Shown one piece after another: positions 30,501-41,056 of a stretch of 64,000 nucleotides of DNA. Under the pieces are notes generated by a model. That model did not search any database. It was not told where the DNA came from and saw only the letters and a program-made list of their open reading frames with translations. Within the stretch, counting starts at the first letter, position 1. Each line of letters starts with the position of its first letter. The stretch covers positions 3,936,001 to 4,000,000 of the forward strand of contig OZ220741.1 in assembly GCA_965116885.1 (NCBI GenBank). The letters run 5' to 3'. The stretch is from Candidatus Latescibacterota bacterium (GTDB lineage Bacteria > Latescibacterota > UBA2968). Position numbers and translations under genes: made by a program.

Positions 30501-30779
30501 TTTACCGCAGCCGAAGGCTGGGGTCTGTTCAGGCAGAGACGCGATGTGGAAATACAGGTTATGGAATTAAGCGTTGAATGGGGGCGTCTGCCCATTCGGA
30601 TATTTGAATTTGAATTGCCCAAAGGTCGGCGTGTACAATCGGTTGTTGCTTCAGTCGGTGGGGAGGTGGTCAGTATGACTGCTTCATTTAGCGACGGTAA
30701 AGTGAGTCTGACTCTGGAAGAAGAAGTGGTCTTAGCTGCTGGAGATAAGATGGCCGTTGAGGTGTCGGTCAATTTGTAA
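27540..30779 (+). CDS. Glycoside hydrolase family 116 (GBA2-like) with N-terminal LamG-like domain
   Basis: N-terminal AYWR..E...WYH....YIDG...IG...IDEVAIYN.AL; then PVGGIGAG, GEYPFG, NEG, HNTLDGE, DQVLG, RYDG..NPF.DDECG.FYARAM. Confidence 0.88.
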   Translation: MTPVNNSLPFRLSVGSELKAATLTYSQTVRDEPGLLAYWRVGETQDADAGRESSYVALGIVPHLDEDPLGDASVEFFFQVVSDEQLDYEPCLISHQISHGEQTRFAFHVTRDLTALRFLNGTTNTLIFPPDGPIKVGQWYHFLATSKPRQEFRAYIDGVECFLDMGSLAFGVRQQARPIQIGASSESGEDRAVNCAIDEVAIYNVALTPLDIARHVDAAGRESLRKRVVHDREQREDEDSEVASETLRARLNDSALFDPGETKVYEGQYLDAISVPVGGIGAGLIQVNGKAERSVWQIFNNFEHVEVPNSFFAVWARPRGKEPVVRALQTSDVGGFPAMDRLRFRGEYPFGWFEFADADFPLRVEMEVFNPLIPLDVKCSSIPCGIFNLTASNEGDSPVEVSFLATQQNAIGIAGDSPNGGYGGNVNRVIREDDATLIHMTHLSSPDEDMVLSAQVENACATASWTGLRDLHEAFSRDGELKYVESAGPSPTGETVDCALATPFVLRPGEKRTITFVLTWYFPNTDHGTRIWVKHGNMYSNWWTDALDVYADLKANLDDLTQQTRCFHDTLYASNLPHWLLDRISSQVAVLRTRTCFWAKDGYFGANEGCAPTSGCCLGNCSHVWHYAQAHARLFPDIARRMREQTFALQQEDGGLPFRHSDRHFETQGPAIDGMLGDILSTYREYLCSSDQQWLHAHWPSAQKAMDFVIARWDSDEDGLLSGSQHNTLDGELSGSTSWMGTLYLSALAACEKMAVLENDAQSADRYRRLREKGTRNQNQTLWNGEYYVQSPDEDAHEDYGDGCHIDQVLGEWWAPLVNLPGHYPEENVRSALRSLLQYNFKHHFRTTTQRPRKFVDNDDAAMKMISWPKGPQPFRSMKYGDEAMTGFEYGAAATMVQFGMLREGLMVARAVYDRYDGKLRDQLTEMNTASWGYSGNPFGDDECGKFYARAMSVWSVLLACQGFVYEGPKARIGFAPVWKPDDHVSFFTAAEGWGLFRQRRDVEIQVMELSVEWGRLPIRIFEFELPKGRRVQSVVASVGGEVVSMTASFSDGKVSLTLEEEVVLAAGDKMAVEVSVNL

Positions 30780-30808
30780 ATCCCGACAAAAAAAGAAAGG
30801 ATTAAGGC

Positions 30809-31618
30809 ATGAATCAGCCCCTGCAGTTGAAGAGATATTTTTGGGACGCAGTTGTTGCAACCATGTTCTGCTCGTTGGTTACCACATCAGAAACAGATGC
30901 ACAACCCGATGGAAATGAATGGGTTGAACTTTACGAACCGCATGTTTTCAACGAGATGCCATATCGGCTGTTGGAGCCTATAGATTTTGATTCGGACAAG
31001 CGCTACCCCGTTATCGTTTCATTGCATGGCGGAGGTGGCCGGGGGACAGATAATCGAAAACAATTGCGTGGCTGGAATAGACTTCTTGCAGACGAGCAGA
31101 GGCGAACAGATTATCCCTCTTATGTACTCGCTCCTCAAGTCAGTCGTTTGTGGAATGCAGAAGACCTTCAAAAGGTCAAGGATCTCATTGCAACATTACC
31201 GTCCGTTGATATGGACAGAATATACATTCTGGGGCACTCCATGGGGGGCCATGGTACCCATGTATTTTTACAAATTGATCCCCATTATTTCGCAGCGGCA
31301 GGACCTTCAGCCGGAACGGGTTTGCCTCAGACAGAAGAATTTATCGATGCGTCAGTGATTAAAGATGTTCCGATATGGGCTTTCCACGGGGATCAGGATA
31401 AGGTCTGTCCATTCGACCGTGCTCAAAAACTTTTTGGAGAGATGAAGAAATTAGGTGGGAACATGAAGTTCACTACCTGGGCGGGTGATGGACATGGTGT
31501 TGCTATGAAAATGATTACCGGTGCCGACAATGGCAGCACTCAACTCAGCAGCGATCGCTGCGATCCCGAGCCGGTGTTTATGAAATGGCTTTTTGCACAG
31601 AAACGCACTGCCGATTGA
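30809..31618 (+). CDS. Secreted alpha/beta hydrolase (phospholipase/carboxylesterase-like)
   Basis: LHGGGGRG, RIYILGHSMGG, WAFHGDQD, GDGH; signal-peptide-like N terminus. Confidence 0.85.
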   Translation: MNQPLQLKRYFWDAVVATMFCSLVTTSETDAQPDGNEWVELYEPHVFNEMPYRLLEPIDFDSDKRYPVIVSLHGGGGRGTDNRKQLRGWNRLLADEQRRTDYPSYVLAPQVSRLWNAEDLQKVKDLIATLPSVDMDRIYILGHSMGGHGTHVFLQIDPHYFAAAGPSAGTGLPQTEEFIDASVIKDVPIWAFHGDQDKVCPFDRAQKLFGEMKKLGGNMKFTTWAGDGHGVAMKMITGADNGSTQLSSDRCDPEPVFMKWLFAQKRTAD

Positions 31619-31814
31619 GTAGATTTTTTCGCATTTGATGAAGAACAGAATGTTCATATCTCGGAATTTAAATTGAACATTCTGTAACAAATATCGTATT
31701 GGTTTTTCTGTCGTTCAATCAGTAAATATCTGTAAATAAAGTGTTTGTGAAATACCCTGATCAACGGCACCGATTTTGCCTGATGTTGTGGAAACAATAT
31801 CAGGGAGATAGTAT

Positions 31815-32507
31815 ATGAATGGCTTTGTAAAAAGTAGAGGTGGTATCGCGGGTGTGGCGGATGTGGATATGCCGCGGGAAAAACTCGAGCGTTTGGGACC
31901 GGAGGCTTTGCGCGATGAGGAATTGCTGGCAATTTTGCTGCGGACGGGCTACGAAGGCCGAAATGTGCTGGAAATTTCGCGCGGGATAATCAAGAAGTAT
32001 CCCGTTAATAAACTCGTGGATATGGATCTGAAAAAGCTCACGACAATGAAGGGAATCGGGCGAGCAAAAGCCGCGGGTTTGGTCGCGGGATTTGAACTGG
32101 CAAAACGAGGTCTCAATCAGGGAATAGGAATTGAACCTTCTATTACGAGTCCGGTTGACGTTTTGGGGTTTCTGACCGATATCAAAGATCGGCGCAAAGA
32201 ATATTTTGTGGCGCTTTTTCTCAATGCTCGGAATCAGGTGATTTGCCGCGAAGATGTGTCGGTTGGCTCTCTCAACGCCTCGCTCGTGCATCCGCGAGAA
32301 GTGTTTGCGCCAGCCGTGGGGTCGTCTGCTGCGAGTGTAATCCTGGCGCACAATCATCCCAGTGGTGATGTAACACCGAGCCGAGAAGATATTGAACTCA
32401 CGCGCCGCATGGTGCAGGCAGGGGAGATTATGGGGATTGAGGTGTTGGACCATCTGATCGTCGGTTCGGAGCGGTTCTTGAGTATGAAAGAGGCGAATGT
32501 TTTTTAG
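31815..32507 (+). CDS. radC: RadC family JAB-domain protein
   Basis: PREKL..G..AL.D.ELLAILLRTG, HhH KGIGRAKA, VHPREVF, HNHPSGD..PS.ED, LDHLIVG. Confidence 0.95.
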   Translation: MNGFVKSRGGIAGVADVDMPREKLERLGPEALRDEELLAILLRTGYEGRNVLEISRGIIKKYPVNKLVDMDLKKLTTMKGIGRAKAAGLVAGFELAKRGLNQGIGIEPSITSPVDVLGFLTDIKDRRKEYFVALFLNARNQVICREDVSVGSLNASLVHPREVFAPAVGSSAASVILAHNHPSGDVTPSREDIELTRRMVQAGEIMGIEVLDHLIVGSERFLSMKEANVF

Positions 32508-32515
32508 GTGGTGAT

Positions 32516-33325
32516 ATGAGCCGGATATTGACATTGACGACAGATTTTGGCATTTCTGATGGCTATGTTGGCGCGATGAAGGGCGTGGTGCTCACCTGTG
32601 CGCCGGACGCTCAAATTGTAGATATAACACATCAGGTGCCACCTCAGGATATTGCTGCTGGTGCGTTTGCGATGTATTGCGCATGCCCTTTTTTTTCAGA
32701 GGGTAGTGTGCATGTTGGGGTGGTTGATCCCGGAGTGGGGAGTGATCGACGGGGTATTGTCGTTGAAACAGAGCAATTTGTGTATGTCGGACCGGATAAT
32801 GGCCTGTTTTCTCCTGTTTACGAGCGGGAAATTGTACGGCGTATTGTAGCGATTGAAAATACGGCACTGATGCGCCCGCAAGTGAGTTCGACGTTTCACG
32901 GACGAGATGTATTTGCTCCGGTGGGGGCGCATTTACTCCGAGGGATATCGTGTGAAGAGGTGGGACCGGAAATTGAGTTTCCAGTTACATGCGATTTGTG
33001 GGGCGTTGAAGAACGCGCCGATACACTCGTTGGACGAGTGGTATGTGTTGACCATTTTGGCAATGCGATCTCAATGATTGCGCGGTCGCACATTGATGAA
33101 AAATATCCCGATGGGGATTTCGAGATCGTCGTTGGGAAGACCCGGTTTGATCGGATATGTCAGACATATAGCGAGGTCAAAGAAGGAGAAGCTCTGGCGC
33201 TTTACGGCAGTTTGGATACGCTGGAGATCGCGGTTTGCGAGGGCAGTGCAAGCAGGACGCTCGGTGTAAAACGAGGGGATGAGATCTGTGTGTATAGGGA
33301 TCAGGGAAGGAGAGGTAGGAGTTGA
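32516..33325 (+). CDS. SAM hydroxide adenosyltransferase (DUF62, chlorinase/fluorinase superfamily)
   Basis: TLTTDFG..D.YVGAMKG, DITH, VVDPGVGSDRR, GPDNG, STFHGRDVFAP, DHFGN. Confidence 0.93.
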   Translation: MSRILTLTTDFGISDGYVGAMKGVVLTCAPDAQIVDITHQVPPQDIAAGAFAMYCACPFFSEGSVHVGVVDPGVGSDRRGIVVETEQFVYVGPDNGLFSPVYEREIVRRIVAIENTALMRPQVSSTFHGRDVFAPVGAHLLRGISCEEVGPEIEFPVTCDLWGVEERADTLVGRVVCVDHFGNAISMIARSHIDEKYPDGDFEIVVGKTRFDRICQTYSEVKEGEALALYGSLDTLEIAVCEGSASRTLGVKRGDEICVYRDQGRRGRS

Positions 33326-33990
33326 GAGATGCGGTCTATTTCGATATCGGGCTGTTCTGGTGGGTTTTGAGGCTTTCTGTTTTTTTGTCGGCCATGGCGC
33401 ATACGTAAGGTAGCCATACCCAGGGTTTTTGCCGTGGCGATTTCGTCGGTGAGTTTGTCTCCCACGCATAGAATGTGGGCGTGGGGCAAGGATAATGCTT
33501 TTGCGGCCTGTATGAGCGATGGCTCTTTATCGCTGCTTTTTCGGTCGTCGTGCAGGATGAGAGTATTGTTGCCCTCGCTAAAATAATTGCACAAGCCGAG
33601 GAGGCGAACTTTTTCACGCTGACGATCGGGATTTCCAGAGGTGACGAGGGCGAGTTGATAACCGCGCTGGACAAGGGTGGTGAGGGTAGGTATTACATCG
33701 GGGAAAAGGGTGATGGTCTCCACAGTGCTGGGATTGTAGGCATTAAGTGCCTGTTCCACGATGCTGGGCGGGATATTGTACTGTGCACCAAGTATGCGAA
33801 TGGCCTCTGAAGACCCATGTGTTTGGGAAAGCAATACCTGTTGCCGATAGCCAGTCTTAATTGAGAGAGCGGGATGTGCAGATGCGAGGATTTGAGCAGC
33901 TCTGCGGCGCGCGGGTTGGGTGAGTTGTCCCGTGCAGTCAAAGAGGGTGTCGTCGAGGTCAAAAATAATGCCTCTAATTTTTGCCTTCAT
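33301..33990 (-). CDS. HAD-superfamily hydrolase
   Basis: FDLDDTLFD, LVTSG, K, VGDKLTDEI; ATG 33990 overlaps the upstream stop (ATGA). Confidence 0.88.
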   Translation of the reverse strand: MKAKIRGIIFDLDDTLFDCTGQLTQPARRRAAQILASAHPALSIKTGYRQQVLLSQTHGSSEAIRILGAQYNIPPSIVEQALNAYNPSTVETITLFPDVIPTLTTLVQRGYQLALVTSGNPDRQREKVRLLGLCNYFSEGNNTLILHDDRKSSDKEPSLIQAAKALSLPHAHILCVGDKLTDEIATAKTLGMATLRMRHGRQKNRKPQNPPEQPDIEIDRISQLLPLLP

Positions 33991-35945
33991 TCGTCCATGC
34001 CCCAGTAGTCGGGCACGCTCAGGCCGCAGAAAATGCGGCAGATCGCATCGGCGACTTTGGCCGGGTCGTGGCTGATAAAATCGCCTGCGCCGCGCTCTAT
34101 GGCATCGGGATAAAATTCTTCTAAGAAGTCCGCGCGGGTCCAGGAGCCGAGTGCGTCGAGCGTTTCTGAATCGCATTCGACGAGGACTTTGCCATCTTTT
34201 TTGTACTTCTTGAGCAATGGATGCCAGTCCTGGCCTTTAGATGTTTGGAATATACGGGGGTTCTGTACGAGCATGTGATCAACGACGCCGTCGCGCTGAT
34301 TTTTGGGAAGGTGATTGAGGATGGTTTTGAGATGGTCAGAAGCTCTAAAATCATCGGTTTGCCCGGGTTGTGTGACGATGTTGCAAATATAGATGGTTTT
34401 GCCCTGAGTGCGTTTGATCAGTGCTTTTCGAATGTCGGGCACGAGAAGATTGGTGATGACACTTGTGAACAAGCTACCCGGCCCAATGACGACGACATCG
34501 GCATCGGCAATGGCTCGCTGAGCCTCGCGCGGTGCTTTGATCTGATTTTGTTCCAGGCTCACTTTGCGCCCCTGGCGCACACGGATCTCAACCTGTCCTG
34601 TTTCTGGATCTATGACGTGCTCGAGTGCGCTGTTTTTGCGATTGAGTTCGCGCAATAGTGCGTCATTGGTGACGAGATACGCCCGATCAATCGGTGGTTT
34701 GTCGGGTTTTCTGACCATCCATTCGGTATATCGATGTTCGTCATTTGCCAGTTTGGCGCAAATATCGACATTGTCGATGCTGGCCGGGAAAACTGTACCC
34801 TGCACGTGCAACATGTCGCTGGCTGTTTTTATTGCCGCGTGAAAATCGCCGAGTTGCTGGGTGAGCGCAGCCACAAGAAAATTGCCAATATGGTCGTTCT
34901 TAAAAATACCGGATTCTTGTTCGCTGTTGGGAAAGCGGTGCTGGAAAACATTGAAAAGCCCCTGAGATATTTGTTCGGGGTCGGCGAGTGCTGTGAGGGC
35001 ATTGCGTATGTCACCGGGGGGCTGTACTCCCAAATTCCAGCGAATACGTCCCGAGGAAGCTCCCGTATCGGTCACGGCAACGATGGCTGTGGGATGATGG
35101 GTATAGGGGCGTAGCCCGCGCAAAACAGTGGGCAGGCCAGTGCCACCGCCGATAACGGCGATTTTGAATCGGTCGGGGGTTTTGCCGATCCGCGAGAGGT
35201 GCAACAACGTGGATAGTTGGGCGAGGTATTTGATTTCGTAGTTGGGACGGTCGCCTATCGCGGGTGTTTCTCGGGAGAATCTTCCGCGCCGCAACCAGAT
35301 CGTGGTGAGGCCCTGGCGATTGCCCGCGCGGATTTCGTCATGGGTGCGGTCGCCAACGACGATGAGTTGGTCGGGAGAGAGGTTGTGGCTTTCCATGAGT
35401 TCTGAAAACCAGTAAGCATGTGCAGGGGGACCTTCGTTGATGATGCGATCAAAATAAGGAGCAATGTCCAGGCGTTCAATTTTGTTGCGCTGACGGCGCG
35501 CCCTGCCCAGCGTGATCAGAAATAGTTTATAGCCCGCCTGGCGCAATTCCCGGAGGGTATGTAAGGCGTCGGGGTAGGGGCGAATGTCTTCTACATCTTC
35601 GGCATTGTAAACGCGCTCCATCTCAGCTACAAGGGCTTCGACCGGCTCGGCTTCCGGGTCGGTTTTTTGTTTGTCGAGAAAACGGCGTACCTGATCGGGT
35701 TTGTCTTTGAAGACGGCTTTGGCGATATCAAAAAAAGCGAAATAATAGGGCGAGGAGGAATAATAAGGACCGTGTTTGCGTTCGAGGGTATTGATGCGCT
35801 GGCGTGCGTAGGCGCGGGTGGCAAAAAAACCGTTTGAAAATAGAAAGGTGGCGACGCGTTGGCGCGCAGCATGTACGACGGGTGTCAGATCAAAGAGGGT
35901 TCCGTCGAGGTCGAATACGATTGCGCGGGCATTTTCCAGGGACAC
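33987..35945 (-). CDS. Fusion of an N-terminal HAD domain and a YvcK/CofD-family (UPF0052) domain
   Basis: FDLDGTLFD...VGDRTHDEI, then VIGGGTGL, VAVTDTGASSG, PPGDIRN, HIGN, GPGSLFTS, NIVTQPGQT, HDP. Confidence 0.9.
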   Translation of the reverse strand: MSLENARAIVFDLDGTLFDLTPVVHAARQRVATFLFSNGFFATRAYARQRINTLERKHGPYYSSSPYYFAFFDIAKAVFKDKPDQVRRFLDKQKTDPEAEPVEALVAEMERVYNAEDVEDIRPYPDALHTLRELRQAGYKLFLITLGRARRQRNKIERLDIAPYFDRIINEGPPAHAYWFSELMESHNLSPDQLIVVGDRTHDEIRAGNRQGLTTIWLRRGRFSRETPAIGDRPNYEIKYLAQLSTLLHLSRIGKTPDRFKIAVIGGGTGLPTVLRGLRPYTHHPTAIVAVTDTGASSGRIRWNLGVQPPGDIRNALTALADPEQISQGLFNVFQHRFPNSEQESGIFKNDHIGNFLVAALTQQLGDFHAAIKTASDMLHVQGTVFPASIDNVDICAKLANDEHRYTEWMVRKPDKPPIDRAYLVTNDALLRELNRKNSALEHVIDPETGQVEIRVRQGRKVSLEQNQIKAPREAQRAIADADVVVIGPGSLFTSVITNLLVPDIRKALIKRTQGKTIYICNIVTQPGQTDDFRASDHLKTILNHLPKNQRDGVVDHMLVQNPRIFQTSKGQDWHPLLKKYKKDGKVLVECDSETLDALGSWTRADFLEEFYPDAIERGAGDFISHDPAKVADAICRIFCGLSVPDYWGMDE

Positions 35946-36036
35946 GGCACATCTCCGCGGTTGAGTTGTGGGGCAAAGAGGAAGATAAGACTTTTTAGAT
36001 TAAGAAAAAAAATAAAAGTGGGGAAGAAGAAAGATT

Positions 36037-36744
36037 GTGCAGATAATGTGGAAAATTTGGAAGGCGGCACTCAATTTTGTTTATCCGTCGTCTTGTATGC
36101 TTTGCCAGGCATCACTGCCGGATTCGCCAGGGCTGTGTGATTCGTGTTGGGATGATATCGATATTTGGGATTCGGGATTACACGAGGTGGATTTTGAACA
36201 CGAACTTGATCAGATAGTTATTTTATATCAATTTAATGATTGTATTCGGTCTTTAATTCACGCGCTCAAATACCGGGGAAAAACACTTCCTGGACAGATG
36301 TTTGGGAAGGCTTTGGGGCAGCGCATTGGAGGCCTCTTCGATCCCGATACGGTGATTGTCCCGGTACCACTTCACTCTGCAAAAAAAAGAGAACGCGGAT
36401 ACAATCAAAGTGAGATTATTGCACGGGCTACAGGACGAGTGTCGGGTTTGCAAGTGCTGGCAAACGCGCTGAAAAGAGTGCGGCCAACTCCTACGCAGAC
36501 ACAATTGGGCGTTTTGGAACGTCAATACAATGTGCAGGGAGCATTTCACGTGCGTCTTCCCGCGTCTATTAAGGGACGAAAGATATTTTTGATTGACGAT
36601 GTCATCACAACGGGCGCGACGCTCAATGCATGTGTGCAGGCTCTGCGATCTGCGGGGGCGCAATGCGTGTCTGTTGGCGCTGTTGCCAGTCCCCCATTTG
36701 GTGAGGATGATCTGTCTCAATATGTAGAAAAAACTGGGTCTTGA
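36037..36744 (+). CDS. comF: ComF family protein (zinc ribbon plus PRTase)
   Basis: CMLC..LCDSC, LKY, PVPLH...RERGYNQ, IDDVITTGATL; exact start uncertain (36037 or 36046). Confidence 0.9.
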   Translation: MQIMWKIWKAALNFVYPSSCMLCQASLPDSPGLCDSCWDDIDIWDSGLHEVDFEHELDQIVILYQFNDCIRSLIHALKYRGKTLPGQMFGKALGQRIGGLFDPDTVIVPVPLHSAKKRERGYNQSEIIARATGRVSGLQVLANALKRVRPTPTQTQLGVLERQYNVQGAFHVRLPASIKGRKIFLIDDVITTGATLNACVQALRSAGAQCVSVGAVASPPFGEDDLSQYVEKTGS

Positions 36745-36781
36745 CGCTGATTTTATATTTTAGTGAGCGGATACAACGGGC

Positions 36782-36810
36782 TTGACAGGTATGTTGCAAT
36801 ACCTTAAACT
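36782..36810 (+). promoter_or_regulatory. sigma70 promoter of the glycolysis operon
   Basis: TTGACA-N17-TAAACT upstream of pfk. Confidence 0.7.
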
Positions 36811-36880
36811 TCAGGTCTTTGAAAATCTTAAAGGGCCCAGGCGCTTATGCTCATGATAGTGATTTTGTAAGGGAGATATT

Positions 36881-38970
<2,090 letters not shown>

Positions 38971-39007
38971 AATAATAGCGGATTTTGGCTTTTTGAGAGG
39001 CGATGGC

Positions 39008-40210
39008 GTGGCGAAGTTGTCGATTACAGACCTGGATTTGAAGGATAAACGCGTTCTGGTGCGCGTTGATTTTAATGTACCCATTGAAAATGGGCAGGTC
39101 GCAGATGATACGCGCTTGCGAGCTTCTTTGCCTACGATCCAATACATTTTGGATGCGGGGGGGCAGCCCGTGTTGATGTCTCATTTGGGGCGCCCTGATG
39201 GCGAGGTAGTGCCCGGGTTATCGCTTGCGCCAGTGGCCGAGGTCCTTCAACTACTGCTGGGACGCGAAGTGCTTCTATCGCCAGACTGCGTGGGGGAAGC
39301 AACAACCTCATTGGTGAAACGCGCGCCCGAAGGTTCGGTTGTACTGCTCGAAAATTTGCGATTTCATGCTGACGAAGAAGCCAATGCACCGGGTTTTGCC
39401 ACACAATTATCAGAATTGGGTGATGTGTATGTCAACGATGCCTTTGGCAGTGCCCATCGCGCGCATGCCTCTACTGAAGGCGTTACCCATTATTTTGTTG
39501 ACTGTGCTACGGGTTTGTTGATGCAGAAAGAATTGGAATATCTGGGTACGGCATTGGCCGATCCCGGACGGCCTTATGTTGCTATTATGGGCGGGGCAAA
39601 AATTTCCGGTAAAATTGATGTGATTGAAAATTTGTTTTCAAAAGTGGATACCCTGCTCATTGGCGGTGGTATGGCGTTTACGTTTTTTAAGGCGATGGGT
39701 CTGGAAATTGGCAAGTCGTTGTTGGAGGAAGATCGCGTTGGAGTCGCTGCCCATTTGTTAAAGCGCGCAGAGGCCGAAGGTGTAGATCTGATATTGCCGA
39801 CCGATACGGTTGTGGCGGCAGAGATGACGGAGGGGATACCTGCTCAGGTTGTGCCACGAGATCAAATTCCAGCAGATTTGGAGGGGTTTGATATCGGGAT
39901 TGAGACGCGGAAACGATTTTCCAATGTGGTTTTGAGTGCTAAAACCGTGGTGTGGAATGGGCCTTTGGGAGTGTGCGAAATTTTCTCGTTTTCAAAGGGG
40001 TCGCGTGCGGTTGCCGAGGCACTGGTTACGGCGACTGTGCGCGGTGCAACGACGATTGTTGGTGGGGGGGAAACTGCTGCTGCGATGTCAGATTTTGGCG
40101 TGGCGGAAAAATTGAGCCACGTCTCGACTGGGGGCGGGGCTTCTCTGGAGTTTTTAGAAGGCCAAACACTGCCCGGTGTGGCGGCACTTTCGGATAGGGA
40201 AGAGGAATAG
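39008..40210 (+). CDS. pgk: Phosphoglycerate kinase
   Basis: VRVDFNVP, SHLGRP, LENLRF, NDAFG.AHR, STGGGASLE. Confidence 0.97.
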   Translation: MAKLSITDLDLKDKRVLVRVDFNVPIENGQVADDTRLRASLPTIQYILDAGGQPVLMSHLGRPDGEVVPGLSLAPVAEVLQLLLGREVLLSPDCVGEATTSLVKRAPEGSVVLLENLRFHADEEANAPGFATQLSELGDVYVNDAFGSAHRAHASTEGVTHYFVDCATGLLMQKELEYLGTALADPGRPYVAIMGGAKISGKIDVIENLFSKVDTLLIGGGMAFTFFKAMGLEIGKSLLEEDRVGVAAHLLKRAEAEGVDLILPTDTVVAAEMTEGIPAQVVPRDQIPADLEGFDIGIETRKRFSNVVLSAKTVVWNGPLGVCEIFSFSKGSRAVAEALVTATVRGATTIVGGGETAAAMSDFGVAEKLSHVSTGGGASLEFLEGQTLPGVAALSDREEE

Positions 40211-40283
40211 GAATTAAGAATTAAAAATTGGGAGTTTGGGACTGGTGTTGGGGGGCTGATAACTGACTGCTGACAACTGAAAG
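40204..40283 (+). repeat. Two degenerate heptamer arrays between pgk and tpiA
   Basis: ggaatag gaattaa gaattaa aaattgg gagtttg (40204-40238) and ctgataa ctgactg ctgacaa ctgaaag (40256-40283). Confidence 0.7.
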
Positions 40284-40292
40284 GGCGTAGCG

Positions 40293-41048
40293 ATGCGAAC
40301 GCCATTTGTGGCGGGAAATTGGAAGCTGAATAAAACACCTGATGAGGCGGAAACCCTTGCGCGATGCGTGGTGGGTGCGGTATCGGGCGTGACGGATGTG
40401 GATGTGGCGATATGTCCGCCTTTTACGGCGCTGGAACGGGTTTCAAGTGTGGTGTGCTGTACTGGTGTAGGGCTGGGTGCTCAGAATATGTACTGGGAGG
40501 CTGAAGGTGCTTTTACGGGTGAGGTTTCGGCCCCCATGCTGTTGACTTGCGGTTGTGAATACGTTATATTAGGACACTCTGAACGAAGGCAGTTTTTTGG
40601 CGAAACAGACGATACTGTCAACCGCCGTTTAAAGGCTGCCCTGAGTGCTGAATTGAAGCCTATTGTGTGTATTGGCGAGTCTTTTGATGAGCGTCAGGCC
40701 GATGTGACTGAGCAGGTGGTTGAGACGCAAACGCGGGGTGCTCTGGACGGCATTTCCGCTGATGATGCACAGGGCATTACCCTGGCTTATGAGCCTGTTT
40801 GGGCCATTGGCACGGGACTGACGGCGACGCCGGAACAGGCAGAGGCTGTCCATGCGTTTCTCCGACAGGTATTGGCGCAAATTTATGACGACGATGTCGC
40901 GCAGGCGGTTCGCATTCAATATGGCGGGTCTGTGAAGCCCGATAATGCGGCGGAGTTGTTTCAGCAGGACAATATTGACGGAGGATTGATCGGCGGGGCT
41001 TCGCTGGAGGCCGACGATTTTGCCGCTATTGTGAAAGCGGCTATATAG
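40293..41048 (+). CDS. tpiA: Triosephosphate isomerase
   Basis: AGNWK, GHSERR, AYEPVWAIGTG, YGGSV, GGASL. Confidence 0.97.
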   Translation: MRTPFVAGNWKLNKTPDEAETLARCVVGAVSGVTDVDVAICPPFTALERVSSVVCCTGVGLGAQNMYWEAEGAFTGEVSAPMLLTCGCEYVILGHSERRQFFGETDDTVNRRLKAALSAELKPIVCIGESFDERQADVTEQVVETQTRGALDGISADDAQGITLAYEPVWAIGTGLTATPEQAEAVHAFLRQVLAQIYDDDVAQAVRIQYGGSVKPDNAAELFQQDNIDGGLIGGASLEADDFAAIVKAAI

Positions 41049-41056
41049 AGGGTGCT

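Noticed and set aside
505..31618. Integron-like cassette array, suggested by long co-oriented runs of heterogeneous genes
   Set aside because: No integron integrase, and no repeated attC-like RYYYAAC...GTTRRRY structures seen in the spacers.
31643..31655. LexA box upstream of radC
   Set aside because: GAAC-N5-GTTC has the wrong spacing for the GAAC-N4-GTTC box, and this lineage's SOS motif is unknown to me.
31815..32507. radC as a marker of a mobile element or prophage
   Set aside because: It is the full-length HhH+JAB form among housekeeping genes, with no mobility genes nearby.
32516..33325. SAM-dependent chlorinase/fluorinase
   Set aside because: VVDPG..R plus TFHGRD gives the Asp-Arg-His set of DUF62 hydroxide adenosyltransferases rather than SalL/FlA.
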